From positions 1,216,001-1,280,000 of the forward strand of contig CAXXSR010000001.1 in assembly GCA_963662615.2 (NCBI GenBank): a DNA stretch of 64,000 nt. The letters run 5' to 3'. Position 1 is the first letter of the stretch, and every line of letters begins with the position of its first letter. The translations under genes and the position numbers were made by a program. Source of the DNA: Dehalococcoidia bacterium (GTDB lineage Bacteria > Chloroflexota > Dehalococcoidia > Bin125). Below the pieces are notes generated by a model. The model ran no database searches, had not been told where the DNA came from, and saw only the letters and a program-made list of their open reading frames with translations. This document shows positions 8,574 through 23,235 of the stretch, piece by piece.

Positions 8574-10145
8574 ATGGCCGTGGCAGAGAATCCGGCGAGC
8601 GGCGAAGAGCAACTGGCCGAACTGGACCGTCGCAAGGCCGCGGCTCGCCTGGGCGGCGGGGAAGCGGCCATTGAGCGGCAACATCAACGGGGGAAGCTGA
8701 CCGCGCGCGAGCGGCTGGACACCCTCTTCGACCAGGGGTCATTCCAAGAGTTCGACGCGCTTGTAACCCATCGCGCCACTCGCTTCGGTCTCGCCAAGAA
8801 GAAAGTGCCGGGCGATGCCGTGGTGACGGGGCACGGGACCATTGACGGTCGCACCGTCTTCGCCTACGCACAGGACTTCACCGTCTTCGGCGGCTCTCTC
8901 TCTGAGGCCGTGAGCGAGAAGATCGTCAAAGCGCAGGACCTCTCGCTCAAGGTGGGCGCGCCCATCATCGCCTTGAATGACGGCGGCGGCGCCCGCATCC
9001 AAGAAGGGGTCAGCTCGCTCCGCGGCTACGGCGATATCTTCTTGCGCAACGTCCTGGCCTCCGGCGTGGTCCCCCAACTCGCCGTGAGCTGCGGCCCCAC
9101 CGCCGGGGGCGGCGTCTACTCCCCCGCCATCATGGACTTCATCTTCATGGTGGATGGCGTTGGCCAGATGTACATCACCGGGCCGGACGTGATTCGCGCC
9201 ATCAGCGGCGAAGAGGTCACGCATGAAGAGTTAGGCGGCGCCCAGACGCATGCAACCAAGAGCGGCGTGGCGCAATTCGCGATCACGGGCGAGGAAGAGA
9301 CGCTGCACGCAGTGCGCCACCTGCTCAGCTACCTCCCCGACAACAACATGGAAGACCCGCCAGTCGTCGATACCGATGACGACCCGGAGCGCGCCAATGA
9401 GGAGTTCCTGGACCTGGTGCCCACGGAGACCACGCGCCCGTACGATATCCGCGGCGTGATCCGGGGCATGCTGGACAACAGCGATTTCTTGGAGGTTCAC
9501 GCCCAGTGGGCGCGGAACATCGCCGTGGGCCTTGGCCGGATCGCGGGTCACACGGTGGGCGTTGTAGGAAACTCCCCGGACACGCTGGCGGGAGTCTTGG
9601 ACATCAACGCATCGCGCAAGGCGGCGCGCTTCGTCCGCTTCTGCGACTGCTTCAACATCCCGCTGGTCACACTGGTGGACGTGCCGGGATTCCTGCCGGG
9701 GACGCAGCAGGAACACGGCGGCATCATCACGCACGGGGCCAAGCTCCTCTACGCCTATGCCGAGGCGACCGTTCCCAAGATCGCCGTCACCTTGCGCAAA
9801 TCGTACGGCGGCGCCTATGTCGTCATGAGCAGCAAGCACCTCCGCGCCGACGTGAACCTCGCCTGGCCCGGCGCCGAGATCGCCGTCATGGGCGCGGAGG
9901 GCGCCGTGAACATTATCCATCGCCGCGACTTGGCGCAGGCGACGGATCCCGAACAGGAGCGCAATCGCCTGATCCGCGAATACGAAGCGGAGTTTAATAA
10001 CCCCTACCTTGCGGCTGAACTGGGCTTCATTGATGACGTGATTGAGCCGCGCGACACGCGCCGGGTCGTGGCTCGTGCCCTCCAGATGCTGCGCAACAAG
10101 TCGGACGTCACCCCGCCGAAGAAGCACGGCAATATCCCTCTGTAG
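8574..10145 (+). CDS. Acyl-CoA carboxylase carboxyltransferase subunit (PccB / methylmalonyl-CoA decarboxylase alpha family)
   Basis: GKLTARER, QDFTVFGGSL, GGARIQEG, TGPDV, DVPGFLPG, KKHGNIPL C-terminus. GGAGGAG upstream of ATG 8574; the ORF-track start at 8004 is too far upstream. Confidence 0.93.
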   Translation: MAVAENPASGEEQLAELDRRKAAARLGGGEAAIERQHQRGKLTARERLDTLFDQGSFQEFDALVTHRATRFGLAKKKVPGDAVVTGHGTIDGRTVFAYAQDFTVFGGSLSEAVSEKIVKAQDLSLKVGAPIIALNDGGGARIQEGVSSLRGYGDIFLRNVLASGVVPQLAVSCGPTAGGGVYSPAIMDFIFMVDGVGQMYITGPDVIRAISGEEVTHEELGGAQTHATKSGVAQFAITGEEETLHAVRHLLSYLPDNNMEDPPVVDTDDDPERANEEFLDLVPTETTRPYDIRGVIRGMLDNSDFLEVHAQWARNIAVGLGRIAGHTVGVVGNSPDTLAGVLDINASRKAARFVRFCDCFNIPLVTLVDVPGFLPGTQQEHGGIITHGAKLLYAYAEATVPKIAVTLRKSYGGAYVVMSSKHLRADVNLAWPGAEIAVMGAEGAVNIIHRRDLAQATDPEQERNRLIREYEAEFNNPYLAAELGFIDDVIEPRDTRRVVARALQMLRNKSDVTPPKKHGNIPL

Positions 10146-10240
10146 GCGTACCTCTTAAGGCGCAGTGGCCATTGGCGGCCTCGGCTCGGTGATCCCAAAG
10201 CCCGCGCCCGGCGATCGGACGGGCCAGGAACGTACCGGAT

Positions 10241-10249
10241 TGCTAGAAT
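10241..10249 (+). promoter_or_regulatory. Extended -10 element upstream of acn-mdh-fumC
   Basis: TG-c-TAGAAT about 90 nt before the aconitase ATG. Confidence 0.55.
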
Positions 10250-10339
10250 GGGCCCCTGGCCTGACGCAGGCTGACGAGCCGCCGGCCCGCGCCGCTCGAC
10301 GGAGGCGCGGAGTTGCCGCCGCCCTTGGGGGGAACGCGA

Positions 10340-13673
<3,334 letters not shown>

Positions 13674-13704
13674 GGCCGGAGTGAGCAGAGGGCCGAAGCG
13701 CAGC

Positions 13705-15114
<1,410 letters not shown>

Positions 15115-15209
15115 GGCCAGATGGACCTTGACAGCGGCGCTAGCATCGTTCACGACACCGCGAGGACCGTAAATCTCAAGGAGTGGAGTTTAGGGAGAGG
15201 AGCCGACGG

Positions 15210-15695
15210 ATGAGCCGATCTGAGGAGCTTACCGCGAAGTTTGAGGCGGCGAACGAGCAAGTCATTGCCGCCGTGGAGTCGTGCAGCGACGCCCAGTGGG
15301 GTGCGATCAGCGCGGCCGAGCAGTGGTCCGCTGGAGTGGTGGCGCATCACATCGCGATGGGATACTCCGGGATACTCGGATTCGCGCAGATGATCGCGAC
15401 CGGTCAGACGCTGCCGCCGCTGACAACGGAGATGATCGATGGGATGAACGCCGAGCACGCCCAGCAGTTCGCCAAGGTGACGAAGGCGGAGACGCTCGAC
15501 CTGCTGCGGACCAACGGCTCTGCTGCCGCGGCGATGCTGCGGGGGCTCAGCGACGAGCAGCTCGATCAGACGGCGTCGTCACCCGTGCTTGGCCCCGAGC
15601 CCGTGAGCACCCAGCAAATGATCGAGGGCGCGCTGTTTGGGGGTACTCAGGAGCACCTCGCCAGCTTCCGCCAGGCCTCGGGGCAGGGCGGGTAG
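15210..15695 (+). CDS. DinB/YfiT-like helical-bundle protein
   Basis: WSAGVVAHHIA, NAEHA, LSDEQL, QEHL pattern; GAGGAG RBS. Confidence 0.7.
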   Translation: MSRSEELTAKFEAANEQVIAAVESCSDAQWGAISAAEQWSAGVVAHHIAMGYSGILGFAQMIATGQTLPPLTTEMIDGMNAEHAQQFAKVTKAETLDLLRTNGSAAAAMLRGLSDEQLDQTASSPVLGPEPVSTQQMIEGALFGGTQEHLASFRQASGQGG

Positions 15696-15993
15696 CAGCT
15701 ACGACCTCAACGAACCTGCGGCGCGGCGGAGGCCCTCTGCGCGATCCGGAGCGCGGAGGCCGTAACGGAACACGTCGCGATCACCCACCGGCAGCCAGGC
15801 CGCGCAACCTTCTGCAAGCAATGGGGCTACGCCCTCAGAGGCTCGAAACGTCCACCACCACACGAGGATGCGTGGCCGCCGGCCGTTTCACTTTGTCCGC
15901 AGCAAGGGCCGAAGCCGGCGACCCGCAACGGTTCATCGGCGAGCGAGCGGATACGCTTCGAATACGCGACAGGGTCACGCGTAAGGAGTTGCC

Positions 15994-16461
15994 ATGCCCA
16001 GCCAACGCACCGCCATCACCCTGACCGAGGAAGAGCAGGCGAAGTTCCTGGAGGACGGCTGGACGCTCCAGGTGGCGTCGATCGGGCCGTCGGGGTGGCC
16101 GCACCTGGCGGCGATGTGGTATCGCGTCATCAACGGGCTCGTCCACTTCACCACCTACGCGAAGAGCCAGAAGATCCTGAATCTCAAGCGCGACCCCCGC
16201 GTCACCTGCATGCTGGAGGCCGGCAAGGACTACGCCGACCTCCAGGGCCTGGTGATCCAGGGCGACGCTGAGGTCATTGACGACGACCCGGAGTTGACCT
16301 TGGAGGTCATGCAGGCCGTCAACGCCAAGTATCCCAACTCCCCCATGGCCCAAGCGCCCTTGGAGCAGGTCCGCAAGATGGCGACGAAGCGCGCCACTGT
16401 CCGGATCCACCCCAAGCGCATCTACACCTGGGACCATACGAAGCTTTCCGGGCGTTACTAG
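15994..16461 (+). CDS. Pyridoxamine 5'-phosphate oxidase-like (PPOX class, probably F420-binding) protein
   Basis: ASIGPSGWPH, SQKILNLKRDPRVT, GLVIQGDA, TWDHTKL; AAGGAG RBS. Confidence 0.85.
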   Translation: MPSQRTAITLTEEEQAKFLEDGWTLQVASIGPSGWPHLAAMWYRVINGLVHFTTYAKSQKILNLKRDPRVTCMLEAGKDYADLQGLVIQGDAEVIDDDPELTLEVMQAVNAKYPNSPMAQAPLEQVRKMATKRATVRIHPKRIYTWDHTKLSGRY

Positions 16462-16730
16462 CCCGGCCCTGCACTTCGTCAGCGACTCGCGGCATGTGGC
16501 ATCGCCACCGTCCCCGCGCACCGGGGCTATCAGTCTCGGCGGCAGCGTCTTCAGTTATGTCAAACAACGCAAACCGGCCCCAATCTAGCGGAACCGCCGC
16601 CCCCGAGCGGTCGTTTCTTGTAGTGGAGGGCCATCGTAGAGCGGGACCGCTGCAGTACCGTCACCCCGCCCGCCTCCCCCGCGATTCGCGGGGGAACGCC
16701 AAACCGGCCCCGCCGCCCTCCAAAACGCTG

Positions 16731-16766
16731 AACAGCGCCGCTCCGGTTGCTCGGAGCGGCGCTGTT
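16731..16766. terminator. Strong hairpin between convergent genes, probably a terminator
   Basis: AACAGCGCCGCTCCG / CGGAGCGGCGCTGTT, perfect 15-bp stem with 6-nt loop; weak T tails on both strands. Confidence 0.65.
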
Positions 16767-16831
16767 TCGTCTGCGGTTCCGGAAATCGAGGCGACCCGGT
16801 CACTCCTGAGGAAGGCGCCAGCGCGCGCGCT

Positions 16832-17404
16832 TCATTCCTCCTCAACAAGGGGGGCCGTCCGCAGCGCCAGCGCTTGCAGCAGGACGATCGACTTCGCGTC
16901 CTCAATGCCGCCAGCGGCCACCAACCGCAGCGCCTGCGCCAGCGTATGGTGCTCCACCACGATCCGTTCGTCGGCATCGGCGGGGAGCGCACTCGCCACG
17001 CAGTCGCGCGCAATGAAGCCGTGCAGGTACTCGGTCGCCCAGCCGGGCGCCACGTAGAAGCCGGCGACTCTCTCCAGCGATCCCGGTTTGAGGCGGACCT
17101 CCTCCTGAAGCTCGCGCATTGCGGCGGCCTCCGGCTCTTCTCCCGGATCGACGACGCCGGCCGGCAGCTCCAGGAGCGCGGTGCCCGCCGGCGACCGCCA
17201 CTGCCGCACGAAGACGATGCGCCCCGCGTGGTCCTCCGCCAAGATGACGACGGAGTCGCGGTGCTCGGCGACCTCTCGCACCGCCTCCTCACCATCGCTC
17301 AGGCGAACGGTGTCGCGCCGCAGGCTGACCACACGGCCGTCGTAGATCCGCTCCGACCCTAGCGTCTCTTCGCGGAGATCCTCGGGCGCGATGGGGTCAG
17401 CCAC
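16832..17404 (-). CDS. NUDIX hydrolase, ADP-ribose pyrophosphatase-like
   Basis: Nudix box PAGVVDPGEEPEAAAMRELQEEV, QWRSP, IEDAKS; GTG start overlaps the upstream GNAT gene. Confidence 0.92.
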   Translation of the reverse strand: MADPIAPEDLREETLGSERIYDGRVVSLRRDTVRLSDGEEAVREVAEHRDSVVILAEDHAGRIVFVRQWRSPAGTALLELPAGVVDPGEEPEAAAMRELQEEVRLKPGSLERVAGFYVAPGWATEYLHGFIARDCVASALPADADERIVVEHHTLAQALRLVAAGGIEDAKSIVLLQALALRTAPLVEEE

Positions 17405-17894
17405 GAGCGCGCAGGTCGATGGCGACGGCCACTTCGTCGCAGCGCGAGTACTTGGGGCAGCGGAAACATTCGTTCCACACCTTGCGCGGAAAGGAAGACA
17501 CCGCCGCCTGCTTGAAGCCCAACTTTTCGAAGAAGCGAGGACTCGTGGTGAGCGCGAAGACCGTCTGCAGCTCCAACGCCACGGCCTCGTCAAGGCACGC
17601 CCCGACGATGGTGCGCCCGAGCCCCTGCTCCTGCGAGGTCGGATCGACGACCAGCGATTTAATCTCCGCCAAGTCCTTCCATTCAAGGTGGAGCGCGCCG
17701 GCGGCCAGAATCTGTCCCCCCTCTCGGACCACGAAAAAATCGCGCAAGGTCTCGTAGAGCTCCCCTTCCGGGCGGGGGAGAACGTCGGCCGTCTTGTCCG
17801 CCCAGTATTGAATGAGCCGGTGAATGCTAGGCACGTCCACAACGCGTGCCCGTGCAGCCGGGCGCAGGATGGAAGGAGATTCGGCGGTACTCAT
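17397..17894 (-). CDS. GNAT N-acetyltransferase, short ArgA (N-acetylglutamate synthase)-like
   Basis: ELYETLRDF, LAEIKSLVV, GLGR, VFALT..PRFFEKLGF, PRKVWNECFRCPK..CDE. Confidence 0.85.
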   Translation of the reverse strand: MSTAESPSILRPAARARVVDVPSIHRLIQYWADKTADVLPRPEGELYETLRDFFVVREGGQILAAGALHLEWKDLAEIKSLVVDPTSQEQGLGRTIVGACLDEAVALELQTVFALTTSPRFFEKLGFKQAAVSSFPRKVWNECFRCPKYSRCDEVAVAIDLRARG

Positions 17895-17979
17895 GGCCGT
17901 CCGCGCGCCGCTGTGGCCGCTCACCCCAACGTTCAGCGTGGATCCAGCCTAGCCCATGACGGCGAGCGAGTCGTCGGCG

Positions 17980-18909
17980 CTAGGAACCGTGGGGCTCTTC
18001 CAGGAGAGACTCGTCGGCACCGCCCTGACCCAGGCGGCTCGGACGCACGGCCTTCAAGCGCCGCTCGTCTAGCCAGGTCAGGCGGCGGCTGAGCTGCGCG
18101 GAGAACGGCTTTTCGCCGAAGCGCACGAGCCGCGCGACGAACTCGCTGCGGCGGACGGTGACAGCGTCCCGTGGCCCCAGGGAGGACTGGTCCTGTCCGT
18201 CAACGCTGACCCCCACGCTCTCATCCGATCCAGGGCTCAGTTCAATGACGGCATCCGGAGGCAGGACCAGCGGCGCGGCGGCGGCCAAGTGAGGCGCCAC
18301 CGGCGTGAGGACGAGGCTGCGAGAGAGCGGGTCCAGAATGGGCCCGCCCGCGGAGAGCGAGTAGCCCGTGCTCCCCGTGGCAGTGGCGACCACGACGGCG
18401 TCGGCCCGCAGCAAGCCAATCAACTCTCCGTCCACCCGGACGTTGACATACACCGGCCTGCCCAGGGAATTACGACCGACAATGACGTCGTTGAGCGCAA
18501 CCGCGGAATCCGGCGCCCTGCCCGCAGTGACGCCGGCGCAGCGGACAGCGAGCATGGAGCGCTCCTCGATGCGGTGGTTCCCTGCCAGCAGATCGGGCAA
18601 GCGCTCCCGCAGCTCCTCCGGCCCCAGCTCCGTCAGGAAAGCGTGGCGACCCATGTCGATCCCAAGAATGCGCGTTGGGTTGGGCACCACGGCCCGGGCG
18701 CCGCGTAGGACCGTCCCGTCCCCACCGATACAGATGAGCAGGTCGGTCCCCTGGAGGTCTCTGGTGGAGAGGTCCGGGTCCCAGGCTGATGAGACCCAGA
18801 CCTGCGGCACGCGGTGCGCCAGCGTTGCGGCCAGCTCCACCGCCAAGGCCCGGGCGGCAGGGAGGACCGGGTGATGGTAAATGCCGACCTTCGCGAATGC
18901 CGCTTCCAT
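17980..18909 (-). CDS. nadK: NAD(+) kinase
   Basis: GGDGT, ALND, ATATGSTGYSLSAGGP, VDG. Confidence 0.93.
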   Translation of the reverse strand: MEAAFAKVGIYHHPVLPAARALAVELAATLAHRVPQVWVSSAWDPDLSTRDLQGTDLLICIGGDGTVLRGARAVVPNPTRILGIDMGRHAFLTELGPEELRERLPDLLAGNHRIEERSMLAVRCAGVTAGRAPDSAVALNDVIVGRNSLGRPVYVNVRVDGELIGLLRADAVVVATATGSTGYSLSAGGPILDPLSRSLVLTPVAPHLAAAAPLVLPPDAVIELSPGSDESVGVSVDGQDQSSLGPRDAVTVRRSEFVARLVRFGEKPFSAQLSRRLTWLDERRLKAVRPSRLGQGGADESLLEEPHGS

Positions 18910-19658
18910 TACGGATCGCTGCGCGTGGCCGCTGACGGAGGGCGTAACCAGATCAGAAACTCACGATTGCCCGCAGGGCCGCGCAAGGGAGAGGAGAGGA
19001 CGCCGCCCACACGCCAGTGCCGTTCCAGCGCCCAGAGCGCCACGGATGTGACCGCCGCTGCCCGATCCCGCGGATCCCGCACAACGCCACCCTTGCCAAC
19101 GCTCTCCCGCCCGGCTTCGAACTGCGGCTTGACCAAGACAATCACGTCGGCGCCGGGCGAGACCGCGCCAGCCAGCGCGGGGAGGAGCAACCGGGGCGAG
19201 ATGAACGAGACGTCCATGACCGCCAGGGATGGAGCCGGATCCAGCGGCGGCAGCGCGCGCGCGTTAGTCCGTTCCATCAGTACGACGCGGGGGTCCTGGC
19301 GCAGGGCATAGTCGATCTGGCCGTACCCAACGTCCACGGCGTAGACACGGGCGGCGCCGTGTTGCAACAGGCAGTCCGTGAATCCACCGCCACCGGCTCC
19401 CACGTCCAGGCAAACCGCGTCCTCCACGGCCACGGGCCAGGCCTCCAGGGCGGCCCGGAGCTTGTGCCCGCCACGGGAAACAAACTCGCGGGTGGGCACA
19501 ACGTGGAACTCAGTCTCCACGGCGACGACCTGCCCGGGTTTGGTGTAGAGGCGATCTCGGCCGCGGACGCGACCGGCCCTCACAAGGGCCCGCGCCCTTT
19601 CGCGGCTTGAAACCAGTCCACGATCCACGAGGAGTTGGTCCACACGGCGCTTGGGCAC
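18909..19658 (-). CDS. tlyA: TlyA family rRNA 2'-O-methyltransferase
   Basis: S4-like N-terminus, FVSRGGHKL, GGFTDCLLQ, DVSFIS, LVKPQFE, GNREF. Confidence 0.95.
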   Translation of the reverse strand: MPKRRVDQLLVDRGLVSSRERARALVRAGRVRGRDRLYTKPGQVVAVETEFHVVPTREFVSRGGHKLRAALEAWPVAVEDAVCLDVGAGGGGFTDCLLQHGAARVYAVDVGYGQIDYALRQDPRVVLMERTNARALPPLDPAPSLAVMDVSFISPRLLLPALAGAVSPGADVIVLVKPQFEAGRESVGKGGVVRDPRDRAAAVTSVALWALERHWRVGGVLSSPLRGPAGNREFLIWLRPPSAATRSDP

Positions 19659-19712
19659 GGGACCCAGCCTAGCAGGACCCGGCAGAGGCGTGAGCCCAGC
19701 CGGCGACGGCGG

Positions 19713-21056
19713 CTACGCGCTCTCCTGCTCAAGAGCGGGCGGCTCCAGCCGCTTCACCCGGTCGGGAAGGTCGTGGTATTCCACGGGCGCCCCGGAAGCC
19801 GTCAGCAGTTCGGGCGGGCGGTCTCCCGCCACCGTCTCCGCGGTCACAATGCACTTCTTCACTTCGGGCCGGCTGGGGATCTCGAACATGACGTCCATGA
19901 GGATGTCTTCCAGCACCGTGCGAAGCCCGCGGGCGCCCGTCTTCGTCTTTAACGCGGTCTCCGCGATCGCCTCCACGGCCCCGTCGCGCAAGACCAGCTC
20001 GACATCATCCATGGCGAAGAACTCTTCGAACTGCCGCGCCAGCGCATTCTTCGGTTCGGTGAGGATGCGGACCATGGACTCCGCGTCCAACGCCTCCAGG
20101 GCGACCATCAGCGGAAGCCGGCCCACGAATTCCGGGATCAGGCCGTACTTGAGGAGGTCGTCGTGCGTGACTTGCTTGAGGAGCGATGACTCCCCTTCGG
20201 GCGTGCGCGCGCTGGAGCCAAAACCCAGGCTGCGCTTGCCTTTTCCGATGCGTCGATCGACTATGTCGTCCAGCCCCTCAAAGGCGCCGCCGCAAAGGAA
20301 GAGCACCTTGGACGTGTTGATCTGGATAAAGTCCTGATGCGGGTGCTTGCGGCCGCCTTGAGGCGGCACCGAGGCCACCGTGCCCTCAATAATCTTGAGG
20401 AGCGCCTGCTGCACGCCCTCGCCGGAGACGTCGCGGGTGATGGAGGGGTTGTCGGACTTCCGGGCAATCTTGTCGATCTCGTCGATGTAGATAATGCCGC
20501 GCTCCGCCCGGGCGATGTCGAAGTCAGCCGACTGGATGAGGTGGAGCAGGATGTTCTCCACGTCCTCGCCCACGTACCCGGCCTCGGTGAGCGCCGTGGC
20601 GTCGGCAATGGAAAACGGGACATCCAGAATCTTGGCGAGGGTGCGGGCAAGGAGCGTCTTCCCCGATCCCGTGGGGCCGACGAGCAGGATGTTACTCTTC
20701 TCCAGCTCTACGGCGTCGCTTGAAGAATCGCTGTTGATCCGCTTGTAATGGTTGTAGACGGCCACGGAGAGGACCTTCTTGGCCTCCTCCTGGCCCACGA
20801 CGTACTCCTCCAGCCGTCGGAAGATCTCCTGCGGGGGCAACGGCTTGCCGTCGGTCATATCGCCGGCCGTCGGGCCCGCGGCGGCGCTGGTTGCGCCACT
20901 GGCCTCTTCGGCGATGATCTCGCGGCAGAGATCCACGCACTCGTCGCAGATGTACACGGCGCCCGGGCCCGCGATCAGGCGCTTGACCTGATCTTGGTTC
21001 TTCCCACAGAAGGAGCAGTGGTACTGCACGCGTCCACTGCCACGATTCCCGGCCAC
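19713..21056 (-). CDS. clpX: ATP-dependent Clp protease ATP-binding subunit
   Basis: CSFCGK zinc domain, [31 protein letters not shown] loop. Confidence 0.98.
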   Translation of the reverse strand: MAGNRGSGRVQYHCSFCGKNQDQVKRLIAGPGAVYICDECVDLCREIIAEEASGATSAAAGPTAGDMTDGKPLPPQEIFRRLEEYVVGQEEAKKVLSVAVYNHYKRINSDSSSDAVELEKSNILLVGPTGSGKTLLARTLAKILDVPFSIADATALTEAGYVGEDVENILLHLIQSADFDIARAERGIIYIDEIDKIARKSDNPSITRDVSGEGVQQALLKIIEGTVASVPPQGGRKHPHQDFIQINTSKVLFLCGGAFEGLDDIVDRRIGKGKRSLGFGSSARTPEGESSLLKQVTHDDLLKYGLIPEFVGRLPLMVALEALDAESMVRILTEPKNALARQFEEFFAMDDVELVLRDGAVEAIAETALKTKTGARGLRTVLEDILMDVMFEIPSRPEVKKCIVTAETVAGDRPPELLTASGAPVEYHDLPDRVKRLEPPALEQESA

Positions 21057-21105
21057 TGATCCGTCTCCCTGCCGCGCGGCTCAGGCGCGCGGCTGCACTG
21101 GGCCC

Positions 21106-21741
21106 CTACGATGCCGCCGCTACGTCCGCCGTACCGGCCTCCGCTGTGCTCTGGAGCACCTCGTCAATCAGGCCGTAGTCCTTCGCCTGATTGGCGTCCA
21201 GATAGAAGTCCCGGTCCGTGTCCCGCTTGATCACGTCCAGCGGCTGACCGGTGTGCTTCGCTACGATGCGGCGAATGATCTCGTTCTCCCGCAGAATCTC
21301 ACGCGCAGCGATCTCAATGTCGGACGCCTGCCCGCGGGCTCCCCCCAGCGCCTGATGCATATGCATCGTGGAGTTGGGCAGCGCATACCGCTTCCCCCGC
21401 GTCCCAGAGGCGACGATGACGGTCCCGAAGGAGGCCGCCATCCCTACACAGATTGTCGACACTTGGGCGCTGATCAGTTGAATCGTGTCATAAATCGCCA
21501 GGCCGGCGGTAATGGAGCCACCGGGCGAATGAATATACAGCTGGATGTCCCGCTCCGGATCCTCCCGGTCCAGATAGAGCAGTTGCGCCACGATGACGTT
21601 GGCCACCTGGTCATCGATGGGCGTCCCCAAGAAGACAATCCGCTCCCGAAGGAGGAGCGAGTAGATGTCGTAGGCCCGCTCGCCCCGATTGGTGGTCTCC
21701 ACCACCATGGGGATGATCGCCGAGGGATTGACCGGGCTCAT
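21106..21741 (-). CDS. clpP: Clp protease proteolytic subunit
   Basis: [28 protein letters not shown]. Confidence 0.97.
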   Translation of the reverse strand: MSPVNPSAIIPMVVETTNRGERAYDIYSLLLRERIVFLGTPIDDQVANVIVAQLLYLDREDPERDIQLYIHSPGGSITAGLAIYDTIQLISAQVSTICVGMAASFGTVIVASGTRGKRYALPNSTMHMHQALGGARGQASDIEIAAREILRENEIIRRIVAKHTGQPLDVIKRDTDRDFYLDANQAKDYGLIDEVLQSTAEAGTADVAAAS

Positions 21742-23153
21742 GCCTGTCTCCTTCCTCCACCAGTCTTGTCGGAGGCCGATTCTGAGGGATCTTCCGCGGC
21801 GTCGCCGTCTGCCGCCTCGCCCGCGGATTCGTCGCCCGACGCGGTGTCCACCGCGGGGACGGCGTCACCCCGCGCCCCCACGGCATTCTCCACAGCGATC
21901 TCCCCCAAGCGGTCCAGCGTCGCCCCGGTCAACAGGTTCCGCCGCAGGACGTTCCGGCCGCTTTCGCTGTCGAAAAGCGCACGGACTTGCTCCGCCTGAG
22001 GGCCCGCGCCGGCGACGCTCGCGATCTCGGCATCAATCGCGGCCTCCGCGACCTCAATCTCTTCGTGACGGGCGATCTCGGCAAGGATTAGTCCGCGCAG
22101 GACGCGGGCACTCGCCTGGGGCCGCAGGCTCTCCCGCAGGGCGGCCACGTCTTGCCCCTGCTGGCGGATGTATGCCTCGGCATCTGCGCCAGCCCCGCTC
22201 TGCTGGGCCAGCTCTCGGAGCATCTGATCGATCTCTTGCTCCAACAGTGTGGGCGGGAATTCCACGTTCGCCTGGGCGGTGACCGCATCCAGGAGCGCCT
22301 GGTGGAACCCGTCCCGCGCGCGTCGCTCGGCCGTTGACCGCAGATCGTGAATGACCTGGTCGCGCAAAGCGTCGAACGACTCCAAATCCCCGGCCTCTGC
22401 CGCCAGATCATCGTCCGGTTCCGGCAGGATCTCCCGCTTGATGTCGTGGATGGTCACGAAGAAACGCAGCCGTTTGCCGGCGACGTCGGCGTCGTCCCAA
22501 TCCTCAGGCACGTCGACCTCAAACTCGCGCTCGGGGCCCGTCTCCAGCCCGACGAGCTGCTCGTCGACACCGGGGACGCCGATCGTCATCCCCTCTCGGA
22601 GGCTCAACTCAACCCCCTCCTCCTGGAGGGCGGACTCGCCGTCCACTTCGGCACGGATGTCCAGGCGGAGACGATCGTTGTATTCCACCGGCCGCTCAAC
22701 GGGCTCCAGCACCGCGTGCCGCCGCCGAATCTCCAAGATCGCGTCGGCGATCAGGGCATCCGTCACCTCCACCGGCTCCTTGTCGACGGCGATCGAGCGA
22801 TAATCGCCCAAGTCCACCTCCGGCCGCAGCGGCACGGTGGCCTTAAAGCGGACCGGCTGACGCTCCAGGATCTCCAAATTGGGCGGGCCCAGCGGCTCCA
22901 CCCCCTGCTCCTGCACCGCCTCTTCGTAGACCTGCGGGATCAGCCGTTCGATCGCCTCATCGAAGACGAACTCGGCCCCTAGCGTGCGCTCGACGATGGC
23001 GCGCGGGGCCTTGCCCTTGCGGAAACCGGGGATATCGAAGCGCTGGGCCAGTCGGCGCGACGCCTGGTCCAGCGACTTCTGTACCTGGCCGTCGTCGATC
23101 TCCACCTCGAGGACAAGCTGCGCCTCGGGGACCCGCTCGGCTGTGACTTTCAT
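21738..23153 (-). CDS. tig: Trigger factor
   Basis: [10 protein letters not shown] ribosome-binding motif; tig-clpP-clpX gene order. Confidence 0.95.
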   Translation of the reverse strand: MKVTAERVPEAQLVLEVEIDDGQVQKSLDQASRRLAQRFDIPGFRKGKAPRAIVERTLGAEFVFDEAIERLIPQVYEEAVQEQGVEPLGPPNLEILERQPVRFKATVPLRPEVDLGDYRSIAVDKEPVEVTDALIADAILEIRRRHAVLEPVERPVEYNDRLRLDIRAEVDGESALQEEGVELSLREGMTIGVPGVDEQLVGLETGPEREFEVDVPEDWDDADVAGKRLRFFVTIHDIKREILPEPDDDLAAEAGDLESFDALRDQVIHDLRSTAERRARDGFHQALLDAVTAQANVEFPPTLLEQEIDQMLRELAQQSGAGADAEAYIRQQGQDVAALRESLRPQASARVLRGLILAEIARHEEIEVAEAAIDAEIASVAGAGPQAEQVRALFDSESGRNVLRRNLLTGATLDRLGEIAVENAVGARGDAVPAVDTASGDESAGEAADGDAAEDPSESASDKTGGGRRQA

Positions 23154-23179
23154 GAGGGTGGTGGGGCTCCTGCGGTCCC

Positions 23180-23188
23180 AGTATAGCA
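23180..23188 (-). promoter_or_regulatory. Extended -10 element of tig-clpP-clpX
   Basis: Minus strand TG-c-TATACT, followed by AGGAG and the tig ATG. Confidence 0.6.
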
Positions 23189-23235
23189 GTGCCGTGGCGG
23201 GCCCTTGGGCCCAGGGAATCCGCCAATTCTGGCCG

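Noticed and set aside
15128-15146. TTGACA and TAGCAT upstream of the DinB-like gene as one promoter
   Set aside because: Only 7 nt apart, incompatible with sigma70 spacing.
15696-15993. 300-bp spacer before the PPOX gene
   Set aside because: No ORF, repeat or RNA motif that I could support.
16565-16600. GCAAACC resembling a c-di-GMP-I riboswitch
   Set aside because: No GAAA-capped P2 stem or following GCAAAG, and no downstream gene on that strand.
18909-19658. TlyA as a haemolysin or virulence factor
   Set aside because: The tlyA-nadK context is housekeeping and the motifs are those of an rRNA methyltransferase.
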